DNA from: Bacteriovoracaceae bacterium
GTDB taxonomy: Bacteria > Bdellovibrionota > Bacteriovoracia > Bacteriovoracales > Bacteriovoracaceae
Reading direction: 5' to 3'
DNA: 15,188 nt
Assembly (NCBI GenBank): GCA_049599895.1
Contig: JBMYPC010000075.1
Span: 1-15,188, forward strand
The notes beneath the pieces were generated by a model. The model saw only the letters and a list, made by a program, of their open reading frames with translations, searched no databases and was not told where the DNA came from. How positions within the stretch are numbered: position 1 is the stretch's first letter; every line of letters starts with the position of its first letter. Positions 15,172-15,188 of the stretch are shown one piece after another. The position numbers and the translations under genes were made by a program.

Positions 15172-15188
15172 AAAATAATTTTGTTTAA

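Overview
AT-rich, mosaic accessory/mobile-element region with no housekeeping genes. A Bdellovibrionota-like host is a weak impression from the HTH and secreted proteins, not established. The main structure is a module present in two diverged copies: minimal S8 subtilase-like gene -> ~180-nt conserved, apparently structured non-coding element -> type II toxin-antitoxin slot holding a different TA pair in each copy -> ~120-aa membrane protein -> DUF6973-like (DAFRH) protein. Copy A (~828-2340) is truncated at both ends. Copy B (7082-11396) is intact and is preceded by an HTH gene and two secreted proteins. Other contents: RES-domain protein, truncated SIR2-like gene, AAA+/wHTH ATPase with three palindromic operators, IS110/IS1380 chimeric transposase, att-like region with a tRNA-3'-like core repeated 7.9 kb away, S66 (MccF-like) peptidase, divergent repressor / terminator-ended leader / truncated DnaB-like helicase, truncated S41 peptidase, and an ApaLI-like restriction endonuclease with a truncated methyltransferase. 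Many genes are cut abruptly and joined to unrelated fragments, indicating either heavy deletional decay or a chimeric assembly. All family calls are from motif recognition by eye; no searches were run.
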